Shown here: one piece after another, positions 18,890 to 29,108 of the stretch
Layout: each line of letters opens with the position of its first letter
Numbering within the stretch: position 1 is the stretch's first letter
DNA from: an uncultured Flavobacteriaceae bacterium
GTDB taxonomy: Bacteria > Bacteroidota > Bacteroidia > Flavobacteriales > Flavobacteriaceae
Assembly (NCBI GenBank): GCA_937929935.1
Contig: CALFUL010000009.1
Coordinates: 19,748-83,747 of the forward strand
DNA length: 64,000 bases
Direction of reading: 5' to 3'
The notes under the pieces: generated by a model
What the model saw: only the letters and a program-made list of their open reading frames with translations
Database searches by the model: none
Told to the model about the DNA's origin: nothing
Position numbers and translations under genes: made by a program

Positions 18890-19626
18890 GAACCTAGTAA
18901 TAACTGTGTTAGAATATAATTTGCGATGATAATCACAACACTTGTCCAAACAAATGCTATGGTACTTGCTTTACCCACTTCTAAGGCACCACCTTTCATA
19001 TAAAATCCGTGGTAAGAGGGTATGGTGGCAATAATAAAAGAAAAAATCAGCGTTTTGATAAAGGCATAGGTAACGTGATACGGTATAAACTCTTCAGTGA
19101 TACCAGCAATAAAATCTGCACTGGTTAAAAAACCAGAGAAGACTCCTGCCATCCATCCTCCAAATATTCCAACATACATTGACATGGCTATAGCAAAAGG
19201 ATAAAATAGCATTGCAATTATTTTAGGAAAAACTAAATAATTCAAAGCGTTTACCCCCATAACTTCTAAGGCATCAATTTGCTCTGTAACACGCATGGTA
19301 CCAATGCTTGAGGTAATATAAGAACCTACTTTACCTGCCATAATAATTGAGACAAAAGTTGGGGCAAATTCAAGAATGATAGATTGTCTTGTGGCAAAAC
19401 CAATTAGACTTTTTGGTATCAGCGGGCTCGTAAGATTCAATGCCGTTTGAATGGTTACAACCGCACCGATAAAGAAAGAAATGAATATGATGATACCCAA
19501 AGATCCGTATATGAGTTCATCGATTTCTTTTAAAATGAGGGTTCTCATTATCCTCCATTTGGTAGGCTTTTTAAAAAGCTCGATTACCATAAGGGCATAG
19601 CCACCAATATCTGCCAAATACTTCAT
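18886..19626 (-). CDS. MlaE family ABC permease
   Basis: IGTMRVTEQIDALEVMG, GGALEVGKAST. Confidence 0.92.
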   Translation of the reverse strand: MKYLADIGGYALMVIELFKKPTKWRIMRTLILKEIDELIYGSLGIIIFISFFIGAVVTIQTALNLTSPLIPKSLIGFATRQSIILEFAPTFVSIIMAGKVGSYITSSIGTMRVTEQIDALEVMGVNALNYLVFPKIIAMLFYPFAIAMSMYVGIFGGWMAGVFSGFLTSADFIAGITEEFIPYHVTYAFIKTLIFSFIIATIPSYHGFYMKGGALEVGKASTIAFVWTSVVIIIANYILTQLLLGS

Positions 19627-19740
19627 TGAAGGAATTTATTCTTGCAACGTAAAAATAGCAATAAACCAATTGAATTAACCTCGATTTAAAATATTAAAGC
19701 TTGATTTTATTTACTTTTGTGTATTATTAAATTACAAAAA

Positions 19741-21408
19741 ATGCCAAAAAATTCACTGTTCTTATTGAGTTTGCTTAGTTATTGTTTAGCAACATTAAGT
19801 TGCATTGCTCAAAAACCAAATAAAAAAGGAAATTCAACGCAGCTAAAGAGCGCTCCAAAATTAGTAGTTGGTATTGTGGTTGATCAAATGCGCTATGATT
19901 ATCTCACGCGTTTCTGGGATCATTATAATGAAGACGGATTTAAAAGATTGGTTAATGAAGGGTTTAATTGTAAAAACAATCACTTTAATTATGCGCCAAC
20001 AAGTACGGGTCCGGGTCACACATCAGTATTTACAGGTACAACGCCATCAACCCATGGTGTAATAGGAAATTCTTGGTATGATAAAGTTGAAAATAAAAGT
20101 GTCTATTGCGCTTCTGATGGCAACTATTCTTCAGTAGGTACCGCAACTGATGCTGGTAAAATGTCTCCGCATAGAATGACTGTTTCTACCATAACTGATG
20201 AATTGAGATTGCACACTCAAATGCGCGGTAAAACAATAGCCATAGCCCTCAAAGATAGAGGAGCGGTATTGCCTGGTGGTCATACGGCTAATGCAGCATA
20301 TTGGTTTCATGGTGAAACAGAAGGAAATTGGATTACCAGTAGTTTTTACATGAAAGAATTGCCAAAATGGGTGGCTGATTTCAACGCTTCTAATAAAGTT
20401 GAGCGTTATAAAAAGGTGTGGAAAACGCATAAAAACATAAGTACTTATATTGAAAGTGGTATAGATAACAACAATTATGAAGGTAAATTTAATGGTGAAA
20501 CAAAAACTACTTTTCCTCACGATTTGGTTAAACATTGGGATGCTAACGGTAGCTACGATATTTTGAAAGCCACCCCTTTCGGAAATAACATTACTACAGA
20601 TTTTGCCATTGAAGCATTAGAAAAAGAACTTTTAGGAGCTGATGATAACACTGACTTTTTAGCAATAAGTTATTCAAGTACTGATTATGTTGGTCATAAA
20701 TTCGGAGTAAACAGTAAAGAAATTCAAGACACCTATATAAGACTTGATACTGATTTACAAAGACTTTTCAAGGCATTAGATGAGCGTGTTGGCAAAGATG
20801 AGTATACCGTCTTTTTAACGGCAGATCACGGGGCGGTTGATGTGCCATCATATCTTAAAGACCAAAAAATACCGGCGGGGTATATTAGTAATACTGATAT
20901 GAAGGCAAAATTTAATGAGTATTTGTTATATGCTTTCGGCACTACTGATGTGGTTAAGAATTATTCAAACAATCAATTTTTTCTAAATCATGATATTATT
21001 GCAAATCTCGATTTACAACTTGCAGATGCACAAAATAAAATTGCGCAAGAATTATTAAAATATCAAGAAATAGATCGCGTGTATACTGCTGACCAAATGC
21101 GAAGTAACGATTATACCTCTGGTTTGCCCTATATTTTGCAAAACGGATATAACCAAAAACGCTCTGGCGATATACTTGTGGTTTTAAAACCTGGGTTCAT
21201 TAGTTACTCTTTAACTGGTTCAACTCATGGCTCTCCTCAAATTTATGATACCCATGTACCCTTACTTTTTTATGGAAACGGAATTCAAAAAGGGAGCACT
21301 GTAACACGTACTGAAATACCAGATATTGCGCCAACTATAGCTACCTTATTAGGCATCGCTTTTCCGAACGGCACAACAGGTCAGCCTATTTCAGAGGTTC
21401 TCGAGTAA
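19741..21408 (+). CDS. pafA: PafA-type alkaline phosphatase
   Basis: VVDQMRYDYL, PTSTGPGH (Thr nucleophile), KDRG, TADHG, STHGS; start moved to ATG 19741. Confidence 0.9.
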   Translation: MPKNSLFLLSLLSYCLATLSCIAQKPNKKGNSTQLKSAPKLVVGIVVDQMRYDYLTRFWDHYNEDGFKRLVNEGFNCKNNHFNYAPTSTGPGHTSVFTGTTPSTHGVIGNSWYDKVENKSVYCASDGNYSSVGTATDAGKMSPHRMTVSTITDELRLHTQMRGKTIAIALKDRGAVLPGGHTANAAYWFHGETEGNWITSSFYMKELPKWVADFNASNKVERYKKVWKTHKNISTYIESGIDNNNYEGKFNGETKTTFPHDLVKHWDANGSYDILKATPFGNNITTDFAIEALEKELLGADDNTDFLAISYSSTDYVGHKFGVNSKEIQDTYIRLDTDLQRLFKALDERVGKDEYTVFLTADHGAVDVPSYLKDQKIPAGYISNTDMKAKFNEYLLYAFGTTDVVKNYSNNQFFLNHDIIANLDLQLADAQNKIAQELLKYQEIDRVYTADQMRSNDYTSGLPYILQNGYNQKRSGDILVVLKPGFISYSLTGSTHGSPQIYDTHVPLLFYGNGIQKGSTVTRTEIPDIAPTIATLLGIAFPNGTTGQPISEVLE

Positions 21409-21419
21409 AAATCTAAAAA

Positions 21420-22208
21420 ATGAATAATCGTCCAATTGGTTTTTTTGATTCAGGGGTTGGCGGAACTTCAATTTTAAAAGAAGTTCAAAAAATGCTTCCG
21501 AATGAATCGTGTATTTATTTGGCAGATAGTAAGAACGCACCCTACGGCGAAAAATCTAAAGATGAAATTCTTAAACTCTGTATTAAGAATGCAGATTTAT
21601 TGGTAGCAAAAGGTTGCAAATTAATAGTAGTGGCGTGTAATACAGCCACGACAAATGCGATCTCATATTTGCGTCAAAATTATCAAGTACCTTTTATTGG
21701 TATTGAGCCAGCCATAAAACCAGCAGCGATAAATTCAAGTTCTAAAACGGTGGGTGTATTGGCTACAAAAGGTACTTTGACCAGTAGTTTGTTTCACAGT
21801 ACATCAGACCATCATGCCAAAGAAATACGTATAATTGAACAGGTAGGCACGGGTTTGGTGCCGCTTATTGAAGCTGGTAAGGTTGATTCTGATCAAATGA
21901 GAGCTTTATTGCTGGGGTTTGTAAAACCAATGATTGAAGAAGGTATTGATTATCTGGTTTTGGGCTGCACGCATTACCCGTATTTGATTCCGGTTTTAAG
22001 AGAAATACTTCCTGAAAACGTAACCATTATTGATTCTGGAGAAGCAGTTGCCAGACAAACAAAAGCTATTTTAAAAGAAAATGACTTAATGAATCAAGAT
22101 GCAATTGAAGGTAGTTATCACTTGTTTACCAATACATCCGCAATAGTATTGCAAACATTTGTAAATGATATGAAGGGTACTATAAAGGTAACAGAGCTTG
22201 ATTTTTAA
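21420..22208 (+). CDS. murI: Glutamate racemase
   Basis: FDSGVGG, PYG, ACNTAT, LGCTHYP. Confidence 0.96.
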   Translation: MNNRPIGFFDSGVGGTSILKEVQKMLPNESCIYLADSKNAPYGEKSKDEILKLCIKNADLLVAKGCKLIVVACNTATTNAISYLRQNYQVPFIGIEPAIKPAAINSSSKTVGVLATKGTLTSSLFHSTSDHHAKEIRIIEQVGTGLVPLIEAGKVDSDQMRALLLGFVKPMIEEGIDYLVLGCTHYPYLIPVLREILPENVTIIDSGEAVARQTKAILKENDLMNQDAIEGSYHLFTNTSAIVLQTFVNDMKGTIKVTELDF

Positions 22209-22246
22209 AGAGACTTTCTTTTAAAAATTAACGAAGTTTAAAAAAA

Positions 22247-22753
22247 TCAATTAGTTGTTTTTCGCTCGTAAGTCAAATAGGTAAAAGCATAGGAGTGGCC
22301 TTGGCCTTTTTCATGATATTTTTCTTCAACCAGTTGCCATTTTTTTGAATCTAACTCAGGAAAAAAAGTATCAGCATCTTCAAAATTGGCATGTACACGA
22401 GTTAATTCAATACAATCAGAAAATTCTTCAGCCTGCTTATAAATCTCTCCACCGCCAATAATAAAGGCAAGCTTCTCATTAGCAACCAGTTCTAAAGCAT
22501 CTTCTAATGAATGAACAACAATACAATCTTCAAACGACACCTTGTACTTTGTATCTCTTGTAATGATAATATGAACTCGCTTGGGTAAGGGTTTCCGAAA
22601 ACTCTCAAAAGTCTTTCTACCCATAATGATTTTATGCCCAGTAGTTAGTTTTTTAAAACGCTTGAAATCATCAGGTAAATGCCATAATAGATCATTGTCT
22701 TTGCCTAGTGCATTGTTTTCAGCCGCCGCCGCAATCATTGTTAATTTTGCCAT
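22247..22753 (-). CDS. folA: Dihydrofolate reductase
   Basis: LLWHLPDDFKRFK, IMGRKTFES, IIGGGEIY, DTFFP; start moved to MAKLT. Confidence 0.95.
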   Translation of the reverse strand: MAKLTMIAAAAENNALGKDNDLLWHLPDDFKRFKKLTTGHKIIMGRKTFESFRKPLPKRVHIIITRDTKYKVSFEDCIVVHSLEDALELVANEKLAFIIGGGEIYKQAEEFSDCIELTRVHANFEDADTFFPELDSKKWQLVEEKYHEKGQGHSYAFTYLTYERKTTN

Positions 22754-22799
22754 AGTATTCTTTAACAAACTAAAAAGTACCTTTATAAAGTGAATAATA

Positions 22800-22888
22800 T
22801 CGAGGCAAGCCCGCGATGCATTAAAAGAAAATTCAACCTTAATTTTGACGCAAGCTTCGGAGCATTAAAATCTCGATTATCGCGTAAA
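22800..22888 (+). repeat. Dispersed ~90-bp palindromic repeat, family A copy 1
   Basis: Two degenerate GAGGCAAGCC(TC) hairpin units plus AAATCTCGATTATCG(C/A)GTAA; homologous to 27920-28009 on the opposite strand. Confidence 0.7.
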
Positions 22889-22919
22889 GATATAGCAAAT
22901 AGCTTTTAACTTTGAATTT

Positions 22920-24008
22920 ATGAATAACATAGCTGCGCATTTTCCCGTTTTAGAAAACCAAATTTATGTGAACACTCCTGTCTTTGGCTCAATACCTGAA
23001 GGGCTCTATAAATGGCGACAAGAGCATGATCATGATTTTTTATTGCATGCAAGTGGCATGCGCACCCGTACTCTTGAAACTATTTCTAATACCCGCACAG
23101 CAGTAAGTCATTATTTTGGTTGTAAAAGAGATAATGTCGCCTTAGTGCCTAATTTTTCAACGGCATTAAATATACTTTTAGAAGGAATGGATAACAAGCA
23201 GAAAGTGCTTCTTTTAGAAAATGACTACCCTTCAGTTGATTGGCCTTTTATGAAGCGTGGCTTTCCTATTTCATATGTAAAAATTGATGCAGTGCTAGAA
23301 GCAAATATTTTGAATGCGGTTAAAAATGAAAAGATTTCAATATTGGTGTTAAGCGTTGTTCAGTGGCAAAACGGAATTAAAATTGATCTCGGTTTTCTGA
23401 AACAATTAAAAATAGATTATCCTGATTTAATCATTATTGGTGATGGCACACAGTTTTTGGGCACCACTAATTTTAACTTTGAAAGCTCAGCTTTTGATGT
23501 GATTGGTGCAAGTGCCTATAAGTGGCTTTTGGCAGGTTACGGTTGCGGGTTCATGCTTTTTAAAGATACAGTACAACAACAATGTGAATTGAAAACTATA
23601 GGTTTTAACGCGGCAAATGCTATTCATGATAAAAGAGATGTGATTCGATTTGCTAGGCGCTTTGAGCCTGGTCATTTGGCCTGCACTACTTTTGGTAGTT
23701 TGGGTTATTCTTTGAGTTATTTGGCTGGAATTGGTAAGGATAAAATTGAAGCTCAAAATCAAAAATTATCAGAAAAGTTTAAAATCGAATTTTCTGAATT
23801 AGGTCTTTTACAGGATGCCGTTGTGGCTAGAAAAAACCACAGTACCATTTTCAACATCAAAGGCGACACAACCTTATTTAATCATTTAATTAAAAATAAT
23901 GTGGTTTGTGCTCAAAGAGGCGATGGTATAAGAATGGGCTTTCATTTCTACAATACCGAAGCAGAGATTGATGCTATTGTAGCTATTCTCAAAAAGAATC
24001 TATCTTAA
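22920..24008 (+). CDS. Class V PLP-dependent aminotransferase (kynureninase/cysteine desulfurase-like)
   Basis: DYPSV, DGTQ, SAYKWLLAG (PLP lysine), RFEPG, HFYNT. Confidence 0.85.
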   Translation: MNNIAAHFPVLENQIYVNTPVFGSIPEGLYKWRQEHDHDFLLHASGMRTRTLETISNTRTAVSHYFGCKRDNVALVPNFSTALNILLEGMDNKQKVLLLENDYPSVDWPFMKRGFPISYVKIDAVLEANILNAVKNEKISILVLSVVQWQNGIKIDLGFLKQLKIDYPDLIIIGDGTQFLGTTNFNFESSAFDVIGASAYKWLLAGYGCGFMLFKDTVQQQCELKTIGFNAANAIHDKRDVIRFARRFEPGHLACTTFGSLGYSLSYLAGIGKDKIEAQNQKLSEKFKIEFSELGLLQDAVVARKNHSTIFNIKGDTTLFNHLIKNNVVCAQRGDGIRMGFHFYNTEAEIDAIVAILKKNLS

Positions 24009-24806
24009 TTTGAAATTAATAGGTATTGAAAAGGGAACATTAACAGCGTTGCCATTAATTGTTCCTGGTTTTATCTTAGGCAAAAGTTGAATAATTCTTT
24101 TGCCTTCTTCTTCTAGGAGGTAATGTGGTCCGCGAGTTCTAATATTAGATACCTTACCTTTTTCATTTATTTTAAACATTACATAAACTTTTCCTTGAAG
24201 ACCTTTTCTTTGAGCTTTTTTAGGATACCTAAAATTTTTCCTGATATGTTCTTGCATTTTGGTATTAAAACAAACTCGACCTTCTTTTCCTATTCTCTTA
24301 TTAATGCAATCTTTCCATGCCGGAAATTCCATAATTTCTCCGCCCTCATAAGTACGATTAATTGGAATAAATTTTAATTCTTGGGCTGTGGTTAGCCTAT
24401 AAAGAAATCTGTGTTTGACTTCATATTTAGCATCTTTTTGATTTTCAACCGTAAATTTGGGAGTACTCAAAATGACAGATTTAATAGCTTTTTCAGTATT
24501 TTTTCTTAAGATGGAGTCACTAATTGAAGCAAATGCCATTTCTTTATCTATTTCGCCCTGAGTATTAACGCTATAGTGCAAACCAACGCTAATAGTATCT
24601 TTGTAAAAGAGTTTTTCATCCTCAATTTTAGGTTTTAAAATACTATCTAAAATAGTTTGATAATGACGGTAAATACAGGCGCTTGAGTTCGGAGTGTTAG
24701 TGCATTTTTCAAGAACAATTTGCTCTTGCGGAAAATATGGAATTTTATTTTGACTAAAACTGACCAAAAAAGAAAATAATGCAATAAGGAGTAAGAAGTT
24801 TTTCAT
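24000..24806 (-). CDS. Energy transducer TonB C-terminal domain protein
   Basis: FRYPKKAQRKGLQGKVYVMF...PFSIPINFKL; signal peptide-like N-terminus. Confidence 0.8.
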   Translation of the reverse strand: MKNFLLLIALFSFLVSFSQNKIPYFPQEQIVLEKCTNTPNSSACIYRHYQTILDSILKPKIEDEKLFYKDTISVGLHYSVNTQGEIDKEMAFASISDSILRKNTEKAIKSVILSTPKFTVENQKDAKYEVKHRFLYRLTTAQELKFIPINRTYEGGEIMEFPAWKDCINKRIGKEGRVCFNTKMQEHIRKNFRYPKKAQRKGLQGKVYVMFKINEKGKVSNIRTRGPHYLLEEEGKRIIQLLPKIKPGTINGNAVNVPFSIPINFKLR

Positions 24807-24814
24807 ATTTTGGT

Positions 24815-25639
24815 TTAAATAGCAACAATCCCTTTTATATGTGGATGCGGATCGTAATCAACCAACGTGAAATCTTCGAATTTAAAATCAAAAATATCTT
24901 TTACCTCTGGGTTCATCATCATCTTAGGTAACGCGCGTGGTTCGCGACTTAATTGCAGTTCAACCTGCTCCATATGATTGTTATATATATGTGCATCGCC
25001 AAAGGTATGAATGAACTCCCCAGCTTCATAGCCACAAACTTGTGCCATCATCATGGTAAACAAAGCGTACGAAGCAATATTAAAAGGCACACCTAAAAAG
25101 ATATCAGCACTTCGTTGATAGAGTTGACAATATAATTTGCCGTCTGCAACATAAAACTGAAAGAACGCATGACAGGGTGGTAGCGCAGCTTTACCATTAG
25201 CAACATTATCTGAGAATGATTTTGAAGTATCTGGCAATACACTAGGGTTCCAAGCAGAAACGAGCATACGTCTGCTATTCGGGTTATTTTTTAAAGAATG
25301 AATAACATCTTTTATTTGATCAATTTCATCATTATTCCAATTGCGCCATTGATGTCCGTAAACAGGTCCTAAATCTCCATTTTCATCAGCCCATTCATTC
25401 CAGATACGTACGCCGTTTTCTTGAAGGTATTTTATATTGGTATCTCCTTTTAAAAACCAAAGCAGCTCGTGAACAATTGATTTAAGGTGCAACTTTTTAG
25501 TGGTAACCATCGGGAAACCTTCACTGAGGTCAAATCGCATTTGATGTCCGAAAACACTAACGGTACCTGTGCCTGTGCGATCGCCTTTTTGATTGCCAGT
25601 GGCTAAAACATGTTTAAGTAAGTCGTGGTATTGTTTCAT
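24815..25639 (-). CDS. thyA: Thymidylate synthase
   Basis: [31 protein letters not shown]; start MKQY at 25639. Confidence 0.97.
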   Translation of the reverse strand: MKQYHDLLKHVLATGNQKGDRTGTGTVSVFGHQMRFDLSEGFPMVTTKKLHLKSIVHELLWFLKGDTNIKYLQENGVRIWNEWADENGDLGPVYGHQWRNWNNDEIDQIKDVIHSLKNNPNSRRMLVSAWNPSVLPDTSKSFSDNVANGKAALPPCHAFFQFYVADGKLYCQLYQRSADIFLGVPFNIASYALFTMMMAQVCGYEAGEFIHTFGDAHIYNNHMEQVELQLSREPRALPKMMMNPEVKDIFDFKFEDFTLVDYDPHPHIKGIVAI

Positions 25640-25640
25640 G

Positions 25641-25820
25641 GGCACCTCTTCCGTCTCCCCAAAGGGAGAAATTTTTAATATTTATGTTTAAACTATTTGA
25701 ATGTAAATATAAAAACATCGAGACCTCAATGAATTATATTGACCTTTCAGTTATCATTAATTATTAACCGAACTAAAAGTATTCCCCCTTTGGGGGTTAG
25801 GGGGCTTTGGGGAGGGGCTT
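25641..25820. repeat. GC-rich REP-like arms, family C (25641-25670 and 25781-25820)
   Basis: CTCCCCAAAGGGAG and ATTCCCCCTTTGGGGGTTAGGGGGCT; the latter is almost the reverse complement of 53285-53309. Confidence 0.65.
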
Positions 25821-25821
25821 T

Positions 25822-27267
25822 TTACCCTAATATCATTCCAGCTATGGTGGCAGAAAGTAAAGAAGCTAAAGAACCACCCAATACAGCTTTGAGTCCGAAT
25901 TCAGAAAGGGTTTTGCGCTGACCGGGTGCTAGAGAACCGATGCCGCCAATTTGAATGCCGATTGAAGCAAAGTTGGCAAATCCGCAGAGCATATAAGTAG
26001 CCATTATTACAGATTTGTTAAAGGTAAAATGAGTAGCACTTGACATGTCTTTTAAAGCTGCCAATTGCGTGTAACCCACAAACTCACTAGAGGCTAATTT
26101 TATACCTAAAAGTTGCCCCATGAGCATAATGTCTTCATTTGCAACACCTATTAACCACATCAGTGGTGCGAATATTGTACCTAATATAGCTTCTAAAGAA
26201 AGTTTTGGATACGCTGAATTAGCGGCTACCCAATCATTAATAGAAGTGACGTCGCCAAACCATCCAAAAAGGCCATTAAGCATGGCTATAAATGCTACGA
26301 AAACCAATAACATGGCGCCCACATTTACGGCTAATTTTAATCCTTCAGTAGTTCCATTAGAAATAGCATCAAGTAAATTAGTTCCTATTTTTTCATTTGA
26401 AACGGCAACATCAGTATTTATTTCTTCAGTTTGCGGATACAACATTTTTGAAATTACAATAGCACCGGGGGCTGCCATTACTGAAGCTGCGATTAAATGT
26501 CGCGCAAACTCAAGACGTAATTGTTCATCATTACCACCTAAAAACCCTATATAAGCTGCTAAGACGCCACCAGCAACGGTGGCCATACCGCCAATCATTA
26601 CCAAGAGTATCTCAGACTTATTCATTTTTTCTAAATACGCTTTGATCATTAAAGGCGCTTCAGTTTGACCTAAGAAAATATTACCGGCAACACTTAAACT
26701 TTCAGGTCCTGATATGCCAAGCATCTTGGTCAATAGCCAGGCTAAGCCTTTTACAATTTTTTGTATAATGCCTAAGTAAAAAAGAACTGAAGTCAGGGCT
26801 GAAAAGAATATAATAGTAGGTAAAATTTGAAAAGCAAAAACATACCCAATGTTTGGGTTTTCGAGATTCATAAGGTTTCCTAAAAGAAATTCACTTCCTG
26901 CAATGGTAAAATTTAAAATTTCATTAAATATTTTTCCCAAAAAAGAAAAAATATCCCTGATAAAGGGAACTTTTAAAATTCCAACAGCAAGAATGAGTTG
27001 AATGCCTAAGCCAATTCCGGTGGTTTTCCAATTAATAGCTTTTCTATTGGCACTAAAAAGATATGCAATGAGTAAAAGTACAAGCAGGCCTAGTACTCCG
27101 CGCCATAGACTTGTAAAAGAAAATTCTTGATTGTGAATTAGTTTGTCAACATCATTAACCATGGTGGTGTCAACAGCAGTAACAACTTCTACTGGAAGGC
27201 CTTCTTGGGCGGTAAGGGGTAAAAAAATAAAAAAGGCAAGTAGTAATAATCCTAATTTGGTTTTCAT
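25822..27267 (-). CDS. nupC: Concentrative nucleoside transporter (NupC/CNT family)
   Basis: GQTEAPL, GGMATVAG, SVMAAPG, CGFANFASIGI. Confidence 0.9.
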   Translation of the reverse strand: MKTKLGLLLLAFFIFLPLTAQEGLPVEVVTAVDTTMVNDVDKLIHNQEFSFTSLWRGVLGLLVLLLIAYLFSANRKAINWKTTGIGLGIQLILAVGILKVPFIRDIFSFLGKIFNEILNFTIAGSEFLLGNLMNLENPNIGYVFAFQILPTIIFFSALTSVLFYLGIIQKIVKGLAWLLTKMLGISGPESLSVAGNIFLGQTEAPLMIKAYLEKMNKSEILLVMIGGMATVAGGVLAAYIGFLGGNDEQLRLEFARHLIAASVMAAPGAIVISKMLYPQTEEINTDVAVSNEKIGTNLLDAISNGTTEGLKLAVNVGAMLLVFVAFIAMLNGLFGWFGDVTSINDWVAANSAYPKLSLEAILGTIFAPLMWLIGVANEDIMLMGQLLGIKLASSEFVGYTQLAALKDMSSATHFTFNKSVIMATYMLCGFANFASIGIQIGGIGSLAPGQRKTLSEFGLKAVLGGSLASLLSATIAGMILG

Positions 27268-27287
27268 AACGTACTTGCGTTTTAAAT

Positions 27288-27917
27288 CTAATTTCTTTTT
27301 GAAATCTCATCTCTTAGCTTGGCCGCTTTTTCGTAGTTTTCTTTAGCCACAGCTTTGGCTAGTTCTTTGTTGAGCTCTTCAATAGTGAGTTCTGTATAGC
27401 CATCACTAGCGCCTTGTTCTATCTCAACAGCCTCACCTTCTTGCAGAATTTCATCAACCATGATACTTTCATCGTTGTCTTCTTTGTTTTTATCTTTTGA
27501 AGAGAATTTTAGAAAGATTCCGGCTTTGTCTAGTATTGTTTTATAGGTAAAAATAGGAGCGTTAAAACGTAAAGCTAAGGCAATAGCGTCACTGGTACGG
27601 GCATCAATTATTTCTTCAATTTTATCACGTTCGCAAATAATACTTGAATAAAACACACCATCAACTAGCTTATGAATAATTACTTGCTTGATGACTATTT
27701 CAAAGCGGTCTGAAAAGTTTTTAAATAAATCATGGGTCAATGGCCGCGGCGGTTTGATTTCTTTTTCTAATGCAATGGCAATTGATTGCGCTTCAAAAGC
27801 CCCTATGACTATTGGAAGTTTTCGATCACCTTCAACTTCATTTAATATCAAAGCATAAGCCCCATTTTGGGTTTGGCTGTATGATATACCTTTTATTTTT
27901 AATCGAACTAAACTCAT
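27288..27917 (-). CDS. Bifunctional nuclease family (DUF151) with C-terminal UVR domain
   Basis: LPIVIGAFEAQSI, RPLTHDL, DARTSDAIALA, ENYEKAAKLRDEI. Confidence 0.92.
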   Translation of the reverse strand: MSLVRLKIKGISYSQTQNGAYALILNEVEGDRKLPIVIGAFEAQSIAIALEKEIKPPRPLTHDLFKNFSDRFEIVIKQVIIHKLVDGVFYSSIICERDKIEEIIDARTSDAIALALRFNAPIFTYKTILDKAGIFLKFSSKDKNKEDNDESIMVDEILQEGEAVEIEQGASDGYTELTIEELNKELAKAVAKENYEKAAKLRDEISKRN

Positions 27918-27919
27918 AT

Positions 27920-28009
27920 TTTACTCGATAATCGAGATTTAAAATGTTTCAAGGCTTGCCTTAAATTTAATATTTTTCCTTTTGAATGCCTTGATGGCTT
28001 GTCTTGAGG
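27920..28009 (-). repeat. Dispersed ~90-bp palindromic repeat, family A copy 2
   Basis: Reverse complement reads CAAGACAAGCCATCAAGGCATT...AAGGCAAGCCTTGAAACATTTTAAATCTCGATTATCGAGTAA, collinear with 22800-22888. Confidence 0.7.
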
Positions 28010-28106
28010 AAGTTAACTTAAACTCAAAAAGCTGTTTAAAATAAGAGGTTTGACCTACTATTTAAACAGCCCCTTTAAGATAGGCAAATTACAAAAATTA
28101 AGTGTT

Positions 28107-29066
28107 TTAGGCTTTAAAAGCTTTTAATTTTTCGATGAGTTGTGGCACAACCTCGAATGCATCGCCCACAATACCATAATCAGCAGCCTTAAAAAACGGC
28201 GCTTCAGGATCAGTATTGATAACAACTTTTACTTTTGAAGAACTTACGCCAGCCAAATGTTGTATGGCCCCTGAAATACCAATTGCGATGTAAAGGTTAC
28301 TAGCAACGGGCTTTCCTGTTTGTCCTACGTGTTCTCCGTGAGGTCTCCATCCTAAATCCGAAACGGGTTTAGAACATGCTGTTGCAGCTCCTAAAACATC
28401 GGCGAGTTCTTCAATCATTCCCCAATTTTCAGGTCCTTTTAATCCTCTTCCTGCAGAAACCACAATATCAGCATCTGCAATAGTTGCTTTACCAACTACC
28501 TTATCAATTTCTACTGATTTAGTAGAAAAGGAAGCCGGGTCAATTGCCGGACTAAAATCTTCAACTGAAGCTGATTGTGCATTTTCATGCGCGCCAAAAG
28601 CATTATTTGACACCCCGATTATTTTAATATCTGTATTTAATTGGGTGTGTGCAAAGCCTTTGTTACTAAAGGCTGTTCTTTTTACTGAAAACGGACTCGT
28701 GCTTTCAGGAGCGCCAACAACGTTAGGTACATACCCAGCTTTTAAGCTACCAGCAACTAGCGGAGCCATAAATTTTGTGTCTGTGCTCGAGCTTACAATA
28801 ATCACTTTTGCATCTTCAGCAGTTGCTGCTTCTGCTACTGCAGTCGCAAAAGCTTTTGCATTAAAAGTTTTCAAATCATTATTGGCAACGTTTAAAACTT
28901 TAGAAACACCATAAGTTCCTAAACTCGCGTTGTCATCTGCATTAAATGAAATTGCAGTAACTGAAGTGCCTATTTGCTGCGCAATGGTGTAGGCATAAGA
29001 GGCAACCTCAAAGGCATTCTTTTTGAATTTTCCGTTTTCTGTTTCTGTATATACAAGGACTGACAT
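28107..29066 (-). CDS. etfA: Electron transfer flavoprotein alpha subunit
   Basis: VSAGRG, VGQTGK, GISGAIQHLAG, INTDPEAPFF. Confidence 0.96.
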   Translation of the reverse strand: MSVLVYTETENGKFKKNAFEVASYAYTIAQQIGTSVTAISFNADDNASLGTYGVSKVLNVANNDLKTFNAKAFATAVAEAATAEDAKVIIVSSSTDTKFMAPLVAGSLKAGYVPNVVGAPESTSPFSVKRTAFSNKGFAHTQLNTDIKIIGVSNNAFGAHENAQSASVEDFSPAIDPASFSTKSVEIDKVVGKATIADADIVVSAGRGLKGPENWGMIEELADVLGAATACSKPVSDLGWRPHGEHVGQTGKPVASNLYIAIGISGAIQHLAGVSSSKVKVVINTDPEAPFFKAADYGIVGDAFEVVPQLIEKLKAFKA

Positions 29067-29108
29067 TTGTTTCTTTTTTTTGGAATTTGGAATTTCTTTT
29101 TTGGAATT

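Noticed and set aside
25739-25921. 60-aa ORF containing PPLGVRGLWGG
   Set aside because: It is the translation of a REP-like repeat plus the antisense of nupC.
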